Below the pieces are notes generated by a model. It did not search any database and was not told the origin of the DNA. It worked only from the letters and a program-made list of their open reading frames with translations. A stretch of 64,000 bases of DNA from NCBI GenBank assembly GCA_963924565.1, contig OZ004613.1, positions 9,548,001 through 9,612,000 of the forward strand, written 5' to 3'. The DNA is from Ascidiella aspersa. Lineage: Eukaryota. The translations under genes were made by a program, and so were the position numbers. This document shows, one piece after another, positions 1 to 12,935 of the stretch (its first letter is position 1; each line of letters starts with the position of its first letter).

Positions 1-1026
1 ACTTCGAAGCTTTTCAATTATGAATTAGTTAACTTACTTCCATTGTAATATTAGGAATTAGTTAACTTACTTCCATTGTAATGCGTCCTGCCGATTGACC
101 GCCGATTGTTACATCAAAGAACACCCTTGGATTTGCCATGTTTCTCGAAATAAATTGTCAAACAAAATTACTAAGCTTAAGGTTGATTGCAAAACTCGAA
201 TGAGAAGTTGCTTCGAATGCGAACCACTTGTGAGACTTGCCTTTTCCTTCTCGAAAACCACGTGCTTACTTTCGCGCCGTGAAACCAGATAAATTCATCC
301 GCGCAATACAGCATGAGTAATTGTAACTGTTCATCCAATAAAGGCAAAATATACAGTTTTGTTTTGAAACAGTTTTCTATTTACTTTTAATTTAGTTCGT
401 TAACTTAATTTAATCAGATTACCAGCCGAATATTTGTGAAATTTTTCGTGAAAAGGTTATTTAAGTTCACAAACCGTGAATGGAGACCGGCATGCGGATA
501 ACACGTGATTATTTTTATGAATCTAGCCTTGGCAAGAAGTGTGCTGCTTTTCTGGTTTCTGGAACCTTCTTTGCCGCCAAAAAAACGATCATAAAATCAA
601 GTCAAATACAGTTTAACCTAATTTTATCAAGGTGATTCTAAGTCACTTTCAATTTTAACATTGAACGACAAATTACGCCATATTTACAAGTGCCTTTTTG
701 TTTGTATAATTATATGCAAGCAGATAGCTAAAGGCAACTGCTTTACTGTTTTATCGACCGATTAGGCCGCCGCTGCAGGAAACAAATTTAGGCAATAAAA
801 AGCCTAAACCTCAAACTAATTGTAGCAGAATATTTTTGGTTGATTTTTTGCGGTGAAGGTGACAAGAACCTTCAAAAAGTCCCTGTAAAAATATCGTGTT
901 TAAATCGTCCTAATGACGTCATCCACAAACTTTATGCGCGGCCCAATGCAAAATGCTTTTAAACGACCGAGATTGCTCTCATATTAAAGAATCTACTAAA
1001 CGACTCTCGGCGAATTTGACAAAAAA

Positions 1027-1515
1027 CAGGGATTCGAGCCAAAACCAGACCGAAACATTATGAACGGTTTTGGGCCATTTTTTCGCGAACCGTTACCGAA
1101 ACTCGACCGAATATTTTGAAAGATCCTGAAACTTAACATAACCAAAAAAAATCTATACCTTATTTCTTTACAGAGTCAAGTCACGCCATGTTCGAACTTT
1201 TATAAAATATGAATATTTATCGAATAAAACGTTGCATTTTAATTTTTAAGATATTTTAATGTTGAGTTGCTTGCTTTTTAGTATACCGGTACCACGAAAC
1301 TTAGAATTTATACTAGTTACAATTTAATAATTATTATCAACATTTAAATTTTATAATGACCCAAATTTTTGGATTTAACGTAACTTAAGTTTTATTTGAA
1401 CTAGAACTTTATAAACAGGTTTTGAAATAACAATCGTCGAACCGGAGCTAAACCGTATTTCGAAAAAACCTGGAACCCGAACCTGGACCTGAAAGTCAAA
1501 CGGTTCGACTCGCTG
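1027..1515. mobile_element. MITE with AACCG/CCGAA subterminal repeats
   Basis: CAGGGATTCGA ... TTCGACTCGCTG termini; many aaccg motifs. Confidence 0.55.
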
Positions 1516-1899
1516 CAAAAAATCTCTTAAACCAAAATGAATCAATGACGATTTGGCCTATGTGCAGTGGTGGGATTCAGCCGGTTCGCACCGGTTCTAT
1601 AGAACCGTCTCGCGAAATTTTATGTGATCAGCGAACCGGTTAGCATTACTGGTTACTGATCTTTTCAGATTCAAGCAGCTCATGTGTTGTTTTTCAAAAT
1701 GTGCAATGGCCAAGGTCGCACGTAACAGTTATACCATAGAATACTAATTACATAGAAGGCTCACTGCCTTATTTGCATACTGTTCCGCATGAATGATACT
1801 TACTTCGGTCGTGAATGTAAACAAAAGCTTTGGCATCAAAAATTGTTGTATTGTGTATTGGGTTTTCATCACGTTCAGAACTAATTTTATCTACTAATT

Positions 1900-2612
1900 A
1901 AGATCAAATTAGGCTTTTACCATCGTAAAGGCCTCTCCATACAACTACGATCGTATAAAATGTATACGTATAGTCGCGGTCACCTACACCTGTGCGGTAA
2001 CGAATCTGGGAACACACAATAAGACCTAAAAAGCAACAATACCTAAAGCAGAAAAATCTATTAAACCATAGTATTAACACCAACGACATAATAAAGCCAA
2101 ATACGCAGTAATATCCAGTACAGCATAATATCAAAATCGTCTGAATAAGACCTAAATCATTCGGAATAAGGCCTAAATTTATCAAAATTAGGCCCGAATT
2201 CATCGGAATAAGGCAAAAGTCATCGAAAGAAGGCCTAATAGCCAAAATAACGCCCGAACCTGTGGGAAGAGGGCGTTTTGGTGACTACGTTTGGACGACC
2301 TAGTCTGACCGGCTCAGTCAGGGGGCCGGTGTTCTTAATGGGTGGAGTTAGAAAATGGGTTAGTGTTGAAATTATTAGGGGAGTTAGTGATGTACTTAGG
2401 GGTGGGGTTTGGGGTTGGTTAAAGTGTTGTTTATGCCTGATTATGAACATTTAGGTCTTATTCCGACGGATGTCGGACTTTATTCTGATTTAGACGGTAG
2501 TAATACTATTAGGTATTAGTCCTATTTTGGCCTTATTCCGAATTGTGTTTTATTCTGACGTTGGTGTTGTTCTTATCTCGGTCTTATGGCTGAAGTCCAA
2601 CGAATCTAATTT
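1900..2612. repeat. Interspersed repeat with GGAATAAGRCC arrays in inverted arms
   Basis: The left arm has aataagacc/ggaataaggcc arrays and the right arm ggtcttattcc arrays. Related copies at about 24060-24300 and 34007-35020. Confidence 0.65.
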
Positions 2613-2705
2613 TGGTTTTGCGCAGTTATTTTGCTTCAAATTAAAAATAATTTAAATAATAATATATAACAATAATTTTTATACAAAATTTTAATATACC
2701 AACTT

Positions 2706-2990
2706 TTTATATGGAATAATATTTACACATGGTTTGATATTGTAAATTGCGGAGTAAAGTGTCCAATAAAAGATGGGGCAGATGAAAATTTGGAATGGCT
2801 AGAAACTGTTTTTATTCAAGAACTAGCTTCTTGGAAGGTTGTTTATATTAATTTGCTTAAATGTATAGCAGGCAATAACAGCTATTTTTAATTAAAGGAA
2901 AATATAGAAAAACACTACAAAGGTGAAAACAAAAGACTTATGGCAAAGCCCACATTGGAAGGATTAGTGTTCACCACTAATCAGAATAAA
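2706..2990 (+). pseudogene. P-type transposase fragment with a 60-nt intron
   Basis: FIWNNIYTWFDIVNCGVKCPIKDGADENLEWLETVFIQELASWK | ENIEKHYKGENKRLMAKPTLEGLVFTT resembles the FD..N...P....D..L.WL...F...L..W...T.EGL..T segment of THAP9/P transposases. The intron 2838-2897 is GT-AG, phase 0. Confidence 0.6.
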
Positions 2991-4506
2991 ATAAATTTTA
3001 CTCTGTGAAGATTCCTTCCCCCCCCCCCCAAAAAAATAGGCAAATTTGGTGTTCTGTTATTACTTGATGTAACAAATAAAAAATGAATTGCTGTTAATGG
3101 ACTGAAATTAAATAATTTAACTTTTATAATTATCCCTAATGGCCAACTAACAAATGCTAATAATGCATCAACGATAAAACAACAATCAATACATATGTCA
3201 TAAATAAATAAAATACAGGGGTTCAACTTCAAGTTGAGATAACATTTATGTGCAAATAAACTGTTATAATAAAGATTTAAATATATTTATATTATTTTAC
3301 ATGCCTCTTTCTTATTTTGTTGGCATATCTCTTGTAAACCTGTAGAATTCTTATTAACCTTTTTAAAAACATTTTTAAAAAGCATTTTACTAAAACTGTG
3401 TCCCAAAACCCTTGTAAACAGGATAACCATAACAAACAGTCACCGTTTCGCTCCAGATGTTCGTAATCACATTTAGCCATTTCACTCAGAGTTTCATTGA
3501 ACTTGCTAAAACGACTGCTAGAAAGTATGTCAATTATTACTTCATTAAAATTAATTTTATCAGCTTTTTTGTTGCATTCTATGCTAAAAGTAAAATACAT
3601 ATAATCAAAAATATGAGCACCACTCAGCAGGCATCTTTAGATGGCAATTTTATTTTTCCAACCTGAAAAGAAAGGCAGAATTCGATGTTCTTTCATTTTC
3701 AGGTGCACATAAAACTTATAATGCAAGTCTTTGTACTTTTTGGAGACCTTGTGTATACAGTATCTAGCAACATATACTAACATTTCACTTTCAGCTTTAT
3801 TTATAAAATAGGATTGTAAAGCTGTATCTTTTTCTTTGTTTTAGACAATTTCATTGAATAAATGTAAAAGTTGCTTTGCAGCTTCCAATTATGGTAAATT
3901 AAAAAATAACTTATCAGCATTACAGCAAAATTTAGGATATTGTGATATTATACAACCCGGTTGATATTTTCTTAAAAATAACTGCAACCAATCCGTAATT
4001 GCTTCATAGGCTAGAAGGGAAGCTGAATCTCTCCCAGCTGAGACACTAAACTGATGGGTGCTTCTGCTGTTGGCTTGATTAGTGGTTGTAATTTCACTTC
4101 TTGGGGAACGTTAAGCAGTTCGGCTATTACCTCACTTGTCAGTCCAATACTTGACATGTTAAATTATATTAAACTGAAAAAAATGGACAGGGATATAATT
4201 AGAAAAGTTCGTGCATCTGAAACGCTGAATAAAATACGCGACAACGCGAAAATAATACGCAGGTCAACAAACGACATGAATACTCTACCTACAATTGCCG
4301 CCGAAACCAGGGTTGCCAGATTGTAAAGGCAACAATATACCAAACTTTGAATTAAAATATACCAAATATATACCAAACCTATTTTTTTTTCATCAAGAAC
4401 CTTGAAAAATAAATGTTCGAACCTTGAAAAATAAAACGATGCATTGATATGAATGGAAAACTTTAGTCAAGTAATTCATACTCATTTCCATCCTCATTTT
4501 CTAGAT

Positions 4507-5163
4507 CAGGGGTCGGCAACCTACGGCCCGCGGGCCGGATCCGGCCCGCCGATGTAATTCATCCGGACCGCCACCTCTTTGACAAATTAGACACGAGTCG
4601 ATTTCACATACTTTTTGACTATTTTAACTACTAAGTGCAAAAAATTTTCGCGCTTCGCGCGAACCATCTTTCTACGTGCGTCACGGAAAACTTATTCAAA
4701 ATGTTGGAGATATATTTTTTAACATGTTTTTTATTTTCGGCAATGTAATAAAAACTTGCAAGGAATGCCAGAATACCCTAAAAAAAATCGCACTCGCTTC
4801 GCTTGCCAGGTGGGTCTTGACTTAAAAACTAACAAACACCGACCTAGATTAACTTTAAATGTTATCGCGTTTCCTAAAATTATTTTTATTACACTTTTAT
4901 TAGTAGTACGGATGACGACGTGTGAACTCGAATTTTAAACCAAACCAACGCTTTTTTTCGCGCTTTGCGCCAACACTTTACTGCCCCCGTAAACGTAATT
5001 AAACACATTTTAAGGACAAAAACGATCCGCGCCCAGGCCCGGCTGATTCACAGTTGTTCTAACATGAAAATAACACAATTCTTAGTTATCATTTTGTGCG
5101 GCCCGCGGAGACCTTTCTGAGTTTGGTTTTGGCCCGCGACTAGAAAAAGGTTGCCGACCCCTG
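4507..5163. mobile_element. hAT/Charlie-type MITE (family F)
   Basis: TIR CAGGGGTCGGCAACC / GGTTGCCGACCCCTG; perfect TSD ttctagat. An inverted related copy lies at 11578-12143. Confidence 0.92.
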
Positions 5164-5318
5164 TTCTAGATCATACATATTATGTGAATTAGAGTTTTCG
5201 AACATTCGTTGGGTAACATCAAATTTCTTACAGTATTCTTCTTTCATAATTAAACAATGCCTTACTCTCAGAATTGCTTCTAGCATTGGAAGTTTAAGCC
5301 TATTTCGGAATTTAGTTT

Positions 5319-5805
5319 TTACACAAGTGACGTGGCTAAATACATTCTCTCAACAATGGCGTTACTGACTGGAGTAGCCAAACAAGCAAGAGCATAATGT
5401 GCTAACTCCTTGTAGGGTTTACAACTATCAACAGTTTCATAGTTTCGGATGCCAAGCCAAAATGGAACAGTTTCTTTTGGTAATCCGTCAGGAAAAGCAG
5501 ACTTTTCTTCTTCCCATATGTGACAAATTAACTTTCTGTACTGGCTTTCAAGATCTGGGTTACGTGATAGAAGGTGCTGAAATGGAAGTTGCGAAAACGG
5601 TAAACGTGACATCTGTGAAAGAACCACATTTGGATGAAGGCCACTGAGACCTTGCTTTTCGTACAGCAAGCACTTTTCTGCAAAGTTTGCAATAAGGTGC
5701 ATCTCCTCCATCACAAGATTTAGAGATCCAAGGAAATTCATGAGACCATTCTGAACGAAATTTTCGTTGACCATCATAACGTGGTTTCCATTTCCTTGAT
5801 GCCAT
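5319..5805 (-). pseudogene. hAT transposase remnant (N-terminal zinc-finger start joined to C-terminal dimerisation domain)
   Basis: ORF 5560-5805: KFRSEWSHEFPWI...PYCKLC. ORF 5319-5777: FW...YKELAHYALACLATPVSNAIVER. The catalytic core is missing. Confidence 0.85.
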
Positions 5806-5827
5806 TATTATTCAGTAACTTCAGTCG

Positions 5828-6070
5828 GCGCTCTTTCACTATTGTACGTAAAAAATAATAAAAGAAAAACTTTCTTCAAATGCCGCATACCACAACACAT
5901 ATTGTTTGGGTTAGGGGGCGGGTTAGCGTTTGGTTGAGGGTGGGTCAAGTTATTATTAATAATGAACATAATATTACTTGAACTACCCTCACCCAAACGC
6001 TAACCCGGTATGCGGTATTATTTTGTTTTGTTTTTTGCATAACTTTTCACGTACGTAAGTGAAAGAGCGC
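5828..6070. mobile_element. Short foldback/MITE with GGGTTAGG-like internal repeats
   Basis: Inverted termini GCGCTCTTTCACT/AGTGAAAGAGCGC; inner arms similar to the elements at 16505-16701 and 50777-50971. Confidence 0.65.
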
Positions 6071-9000
6071 TCTTCAGTCCTGCGCCCTACTGTTACTGTT
6101 ACTGTTAGGGTTGCCAGATTGTAAAGTAAATCTGTGGTGAAAATTCAGAAACAGTTTTTTTAATTTCAAAAATATACCAAGAATATACCAGTTTTCCAAA
6201 ATATACCAAACGAAAAATTCGCATATCAAACAGGTTTTAAATATACCAGATTTCTAGAATTTGGTATATAAATATACCAGTTGGCAAGCTTGGCCGAAAC
6301 CCGTGTTTTCAACAAATCGTGTCAGTGTTACTCATGCGTGACGAGACCCAGTGAGCCTTCTATGTAATTAGTATTCTATGGTTGTACATTGTGTTAATTT
6401 TTGTCATTGTAGTAATTTTTCCTTTGTCATTGTTTATCTGAAAGTCTAATTGTTGCGTCATAAGTAGCCATGAGACGACTGCTGCTTTTTAGTGTGACTG
6501 TCAGTAGTGATGGGATTCAGCCTGTTCGTAGTTCGCAACATTCGCTGGAACCTGGTTGTCATCCTGTTCTTGCAACTACTTCAATTATTTCCCGGAAATA
6601 TGACTTTTTGTAGCAGAACCGGCTGAAATGTATGACTTTTGTGATAGAACCGGCTGACAAAAATATTGAATCCCATCACTTCCTATATATGACGTCAATG
6701 TTGCTATTTTTTAGGCGCTTAGGCCTACTATTTATCATACAAAGGGGTGGGCAAATATTTTTTTACCGCTTGCCGCACGAGAAACATAAAATGATGTCGC
6801 AGGCCATCAAGAATACAGGATCTAAAAAATACGGAATTTTACGTCACACTTATGAGTAATAATCCTATAAAACAAGTACCGGTAAGTTAAAGGACATGTC
6901 ATTACGTTGAGAGTTCAGGCCTACAACTGAAGTCGATTTGAAGAAAAGACAAATGATGGCTAATTGGTGTCAAATACAAACTTTAATTCAGATTTAAAGG
7001 TGAACCAGGCGCATTACACACAGATCAAGTATATGTCGTCTAAATTGCTTGATATATTAGCATTCATCAAGTTGTCGGTAACGTAAACCCACCAAATCAA
7101 GGTTAAAATACGTACAAGTTTTACACAAAAAACTTACAATGGCCTTTTTTGCTTTTTGAGACTTTAAGTTGACTGTTTGTATTTTAAGGAAAATGAGCCA
7201 CATGTCGGATTAAATTGCTTGACGGCCCGCCGGCCATAGTTTACCCATGTCTGCACTTTTGGCCACTATAAAAGCTAAGCAGCCGCGGCGCCTTGGAGTG
7301 CCAATTCTAATGCTCAAGGTTGCCGAGATATTTGAGATTTTTAGGAATCTGATTTTTGTTCAATTGGTAAGCTTTTTAACAACTATTTGTGTACATTTAG
7401 AGACCATTACAACAAATGGCATTTTTCTTCATGTTTCGAATTACTATTTTTGAGGGGGGCCGTAAGCCATGAAAGGTTGAGAATCATTGGCTTAACCCCA
7501 CACGCGTTAAACAATAATTTGGGCCGCTGCAGATACAACGCATGGCAGCCCTAAGGCGCGAAAGTCTGATTGAAATTAAGGTAATATAGGCCTAAGCACT
7601 TGTATTTGAGAATGAAGACCAATTTGACATATTATAAAACCTAATAATCCAGTTTGGGAGGATCGTGGCCATACCACAATGAAAAAAATAAGCTATTTTA
7701 TATGGAAACTACGAAATAATTTTAACGTTTTATTTCAGTATTTCTTATAAGCTATTTTTGGTACAAATAATAGGAACACACATTATAAGACCTATTGTAA
7801 AGCAATAGTATCTATTGAAGCGTACAATTATCTAAAATGAAATATAATGAAAACCAGTATGGCATATAATAAAACCAAATACACACTTATATCTACGACG
7901 ACGAAGTCGTAACCTTATCGGAATAAATTCGAAAAAGTTCGGTTTATGATTTAAATGACCTTAAAGTTGCAATAGCCTTTAGAAGAGGATAACAGATTTT
8001 CAGTTGTCATTGTGAAATCGACGTTTGGACGGCGTAGTTCTTTGGCCCTGGACTGTCTGCCCTTGGGATGGGCTTAGAACAGGGTCAACAACCAACGACC
8101 TGCTGGTCTTATCCGACCCGCCAATTTTTTAGAAATTGAGCACAGGGCTATTCCTCATAATAATTGATTTTCATTCTTCTAGTATGATTGCCTGTCGGGT
8201 GAATCTTTTCAAACTTAAAGCGCCTTCAAATCACTGCTCGACTATTCCATAATTTGTGGCCGCCAAAGATTTTCGCCAAAACATTTTTGCCGAAATTCTG
8301 CGATAAATATGCCCAAAAGAACAATTTTTGTTGTAAAACGGCGATTTTTTACATCAAACATGACGCTGTCAAGCTTTTGTGTAAGCATTTCACGTCAAAG
8401 ATCTTTCGCGGGAAGGCAAATTGCACTCTGGACATACGAACGTCGTGAGTTACAAAACCCAATAAAAAAGAAGGACATACAACACTATGAAGCTTGTTGG
8501 ATGGAGGTTTAAGCTATAGTTACAAATAGACGAAAGTTTGACATTGGAAGAATATATAAGCTCATACAGAACGCAATCTGGCATCCCAGGAACTATTAAC
8601 AATAAATTTTAGTTTCAACAGTTGATACATCTGGATTATTTTACTGGTTTTCGCACGAAATCGTTTTATTATTTTAAATATGAACATAACATCAGTTAAA
8701 AGAGTTTAACGGTTTCCCTATTCAAATAGCATTCTAACATATCGCTCACCCTAAAAATATAAAGTCGTGTATTTAATTATGAACAGAACAAACGCATATT
8801 TTCCCCGACTTTTTGAATGTTATGAAAATCGTTTTCAATTACACAAAATTCTGATGGTGGCGTTCGACTATTGTTACTGATGTTATAGTAAAATATCCTA
8901 CCTAAAACCTCGCGTTTTAGCAACATTATTGTCAGTAAAAACCTATTAAAGCTCGTCGAGATATTTCGGACTTAATGTTTTTCCGCTTCTATAGATAAGA

Positions 9001-9676
9001 GTTGCCGAAGTGTTATTTTAATTTCTTCCTGTGGCTAAGTACGAATTGATTACTGCAAACATATCCAATAAAGCAGTGTTGTGATGACGTATGCCACTTG
9101 ACTTAAGTTACTGTTTTCACGTGACTTACCTTGATTTAAATCTTTCGCACAAAGGACTTGGGTTAAAATGAAACGTTTTCAATAAGTATTTTTTGATGAA
9201 ATATAGCTATGTTTATCTTAATTTTTTCACATAAAACAATTTTTTATTACCATATGTTGCGTTTTTGTTATTTTTTAGTCCAGTTATTGCTCGTAATCGG
9301 CCGCGTTTAAAAAAAAAAGTATAACGTTTTCTTTTTATAACTTGAGCTGGGACTTGACTTGATATTTATTTAAAAATACTTTACTTGGACTTAAGTTATT
9401 TTACAAATGACTTGATTGGGACTTAAGTAATTCTGAAATGACTTAGGCCTACCTAATAAAGTCAGATTCACATTGGCCTAACTAATACGAACATTTTTCG
9501 CAACAAAGCGTTCGATAAACCCTTGACCTAAACACCGTAAATAATATTAATTTGCCACAAGACTTAATATTTTTGTTTTATCTTTTAACTAGCATTTGAC
9601 GAATACTTACCAATGAGCATTTTAAAATAATGTTGCACGTTTTATGGCTGGATGAGGTCACATTTTCCCTTTAAAT

Positions 9677-10010
9677 CAGTGCTTCTCAACCTATGGGTCG
9701 CGACCGAAAATTGGGTCGCTGTTTGATTTGGTTGGGTCGCTGACTGCAGTAATTCACATGTTCATCCTAATTGAGATTGTTTCTGAGCAAAATTTCTCAA
9801 TTAAGAAAATTAAGGAGGCAATACAAATAATGTATAGTCATTTAAATTTGAAATTCTTTATGCTAATGCCTAGTTTTTGTTCGCTTACAAGAAGCGATTC
9901 TTTATAGTTCGCTTACAAGAAAATACAATTGGGTGGCCAAACCTTAGTCGTCATACTTACAGTTAATACCGGTACTTTGGGTCGCCGCGAAAAAAGGTTG
10001 AGAAACACTG
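9677..10010. mobile_element. hAT-type MITE
   Basis: CAGTGCTTCTCAACC ... GGTTGAGAAACACTG; flanks ctttaaat/ctttgagt. A related copy lies at about 51223-51511. Confidence 0.8.
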
Positions 10011-10027
10011 CTTTGAGTGGTGTAGAT

Positions 10028-10518
10028 CAGTGGTTCTCAACCTTTTTTATCGTACGGACCGGTAAAATTTTAAAACAAATTTTGCGGAACGGTGGACTTC
10101 AAAAATCAAAATCAACCCAAAATACAAAAATAACACAAGAGTAGGCAACTTAAAAGCAAAGAATGGAACTTTCATTCAATGAGCAATTTGCTGCTGTCTC
10201 TTTGATATCATACGTGTTATACGTGGTTATATTAAAGTTGTCCTAAAATTTAAGACTTAAACGAGCTTTAGCCTACTTTTAAACAGTTGGGCACTTGCAG
10301 TGTTGTGACGTACGATAAAGTCAAAAGTAAACCATTAGCTCTATGTTATGTCACTATGTTGCAAATTACGAAGCTGGCGAAGTTCTAAATTTGATGGACA
10401 AGCCTTTAACATCTTGCATTTTGTAGTTGAGATTTAAGATTGTAATACATTTGGCGGACCGGCAGGAAAGTTGACGCGGACCGGCATCGGTCCGCGGACC
10501 GGCGGTTGAGAACCACTG
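10028..10518. mobile_element. hAT-type MITE
   Basis: CAGTGGTTCTCAACC ... GGTTGAGAACCACTG; TSD gtgtagat/gtttagat. Confidence 0.85.
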
Positions 10519-11095
10519 GTTTAGATATATATCCCACAATTAGCTTCTTGGTATACCGGCAGTGATGAGATATAAGCTATCAAATAGGGATTGGTTAAAG
10601 CAGAGTTAGAAGGGTACGAGGTCATGCACCAAACCTGTAGTTTAGCATATTTCAACCATAGGTAAATGCAAAGATTTTTCGCGATGAGAAATTAGGCTAG
10701 AAATATAAGTTTTGAGGTAGCATATATAATTTTTAAAACTGCACTTGTACCACGTTTTAGCTTGAATGAACACAATTTCTAAATAGTTAATATAATGGTA
10801 TATTCCTATTGCCGTTTCGTCTATCAGGCTTTTGTTAACTTTTGTTATTATTGCCTTCAAGAAAGTATAGGACTACCGCTTTTTTGATATTTTTAAGTGG
10901 TTGAGATACAAAGTTCAACAAACACTGCTATGTTTTATAAACTAAGTAAAAGCAAATGTCTTCGTGATGCCTCACACATAATTGCTTCACAAAGACAAGT
11001 AATAAACATAATGTGTGAGGTTTGTGTGCGTTTTTGCTTTTTGTATTGCTTTATGCAGGCCGAGCTCTCCAGAAAGCTGTATTTTTAGCTCTTTT

Positions 11096-12531
11096 CAGTG
11101 GTGGGATTCAGCCGGTTCGCACCGGTTCTATAGAACCGTTTCTCAAAATTTTTTGAGATCAGCGAACCGGTTTAGCCTGGCTGGTTAGCCTACTGTCAAT
11201 ACATTTTTTTATCTGATACACCGAATTTTTAAATCCAAGTAGCTCACGTGTTTTTTGCAATGGTGAAGTTCGCACGTAACAGTTCTATAGAGCAGGGTTT
11301 CCCAAACTTTTTTGGACCACGGACCACTATTTGTAAATCTGTTTTGACCGCTATACAAAGCAAAAACTATATAAAACCAAATTTGATATATTTCCAAAAC
11401 TGACAACATCAATGGGACGGATGGGTTGCTTCCCTCTGCTTAAATCGTCAATTCATCATAAATTCAAAGCGCAACAAGTAAGATTTACGATACTGGATAG
11501 CAAAGTTTACAAAATTAATAAGTTTTGAATCACTGCGGCAATTTAGTTATATTCGAAAGAATACACATACTGTACAACAGGGGTCGGCAACCTTTTTCTA
11601 GTCGCGGGCTAAAATGGGCTGCACAAAAACGTCGTTATTCATTTTGAAAAGTGTGATAAAACTACTTTGAGAAAACGCGATAACCCTAATAGTTAATGCA
11701 GTTCAGTGTTTGTTAACCTATTTAAGTCCCTGGCGAGCGAAGCGAGCGCGATTTTTTTTTTGCGGGGGGGGGGGGGGTCTACCGGCATTTTCATTCAAAT
11801 TTTTTCCAAGTTTTTATTACATTTTAAAATTAAAAATTGAAAATGTATGTCCAATATTTTTGACGTTTTCCGTTTGTACGCGACGTACTTGGCACTTTGG
11901 CAGTCAGTCTTCCACGGCGCAATAAGCGCTAATCTAGTTCAAATGACAGCATCATAACGTAAACAAACCTGATGTATAAAGATCGTTAACGCAAAGCGCG
12001 AAAATTTTTCGCACTTACATAGGTAAAATAGTCGAAAAGTATGAGAAATGGACTCGTCTCAAGTTTGTCAAAGAGGCTGCTGGTCGGATAAATTACATTC
12101 GCAGGCCGGATCCGCCCCGAGGGCCGTAGGTTGTCGTCACTTGCTGTAGCCTATAACGTTATGCGTAACTTTTTAATTCTTGTGATATCGCCACGGACCA
12201 CCTGTGCAGTCGTCGCTGACCACCAATGGTGCGCAGACCACAGTTTGAGAAACCCTGATGTAGAGTATATTGTGTTAATTTTTATAACTGTAGTAGTTTT
12301 CCTTTTGTGTTTGTCGGTCTAATAATAAAATTGTTGCGTCATAAGTACAAATCAATGAGACGACTGTTGCTTTTTAGTGATGCGGTTAGCAGCAATTGGA
12401 TTCAGCCAGTTTGCACCAATCAATCGCTGGAATCTGGGGTTGCATCCTGTTCTTGCAACTACTTTGGTTATTTGCTGAAAAAATATGACTTGTGATAGAA
12501 CCGGATGACAAAAAAAGTAATCCAACCACTG
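11096..12531. mobile_element. Family A copy 2, with nested MITEs 11293-12257 and 11578-12143
   Basis: Same termini and internal sequence as 1565-1734 plus 6381-6681. It contains CAGGGTTTCCCAAAC...GTTTGAGAAACCCTG, which itself contains a family-F copy. Confidence 0.85.
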
Positions 12532-12830
12532 GTTGTTTCGCTTGAAAGTGCTAAGTTGTAACTCGTTTTGGGAGGAACGTCATAGCCTACCCGAAAAAAC
12601 ATCAGTGTGCGGTCGATGAAATTAAGTCTTTTTTTTTCTTGTCGCGACCCTTTGTAGGCCTACCGTTTTGGTTTATGCACGACTGGTATAAACACTCTCA
12701 GTACCGGTACTACTTGATGTTTTAGAATTATTTTTTTAGTTATTCCGCAATTTTAATGGCGTAGTTACATACACCTATTCGGCTTAAAGCACTGCACTAT
12801 TGTTAAAGACGAAATCGTTTTATAATATCT

Positions 12831-12935
12831 ATGAAGAATCCGAGTGGAGCGTGCAGTTGCTTGGCCAACAGGTCACGCTTGTTGCAACGCGCGACACTCA
12901 AGTCTCTCAAGAGCTGCAGTTGTTGTCACTTTAAA
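12831..12935 (+). other. Candidate first exon (possibly coding) / promoter region of the GPx4-NIPSNAP unit
   Basis: GC/CpG-richer patch ending in the donor AAA|GTACGT at 12936. ATG 12831 to the donor is 35 codons (phase 0). It overlaps an X-box-like GTTGCTTGGCCAAC at 12856-12869. Confidence 0.4.

Larger units (their letters stand above)
4308..6292 (-). mobile_element. Internally deleted hAT transposon
   Basis: TIR CAGGGTTGCCA ... TGGCAAGCTTG; perfect 8-bp TSD gccgaaac (4300-4307, 6293-6300); AATATACCA subterminal repeats. Confidence 0.9.
1735..6380 (+). mobile_element. P-element/THAP9-like DNA transposon, decayed
   Basis: Perfect 32-bp TIRs CATAGAATACTAATTACATAGAAGGCTCACTG (1735-1766, 6349-6380); 7-bp TSD gttatac/gttgtac; transposase-like remnant at 2706-2990. 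Confidence 0.8.
1565..6681. mobile_element. Non-autonomous hAT-like element (family A, copy 1) hosting nested insertions
   Basis: TIR CAGTGGTGGGATTCA ... TGAATCCCATCACT; 8-bp flanks cctatgtg/cctatata. A second copy lies at 11096-12531. Confidence 0.8.

Noticed and set aside
270-314. Possible first coding exon of a minus-strand gene leaving the window (MLYCADEFIWFHGAK|GTAAGC)
   Set aside because: It is too short, with no recognisable homology or partner exon in the window.
8717-8732. 14/16 match (minus strand) to the Ciona-type spliced leader ATTCTATTTGAATAAG as I recall it
   Set aside because: There is no following GT donor or Sm site, and an AT-rich partial match is expected by chance.
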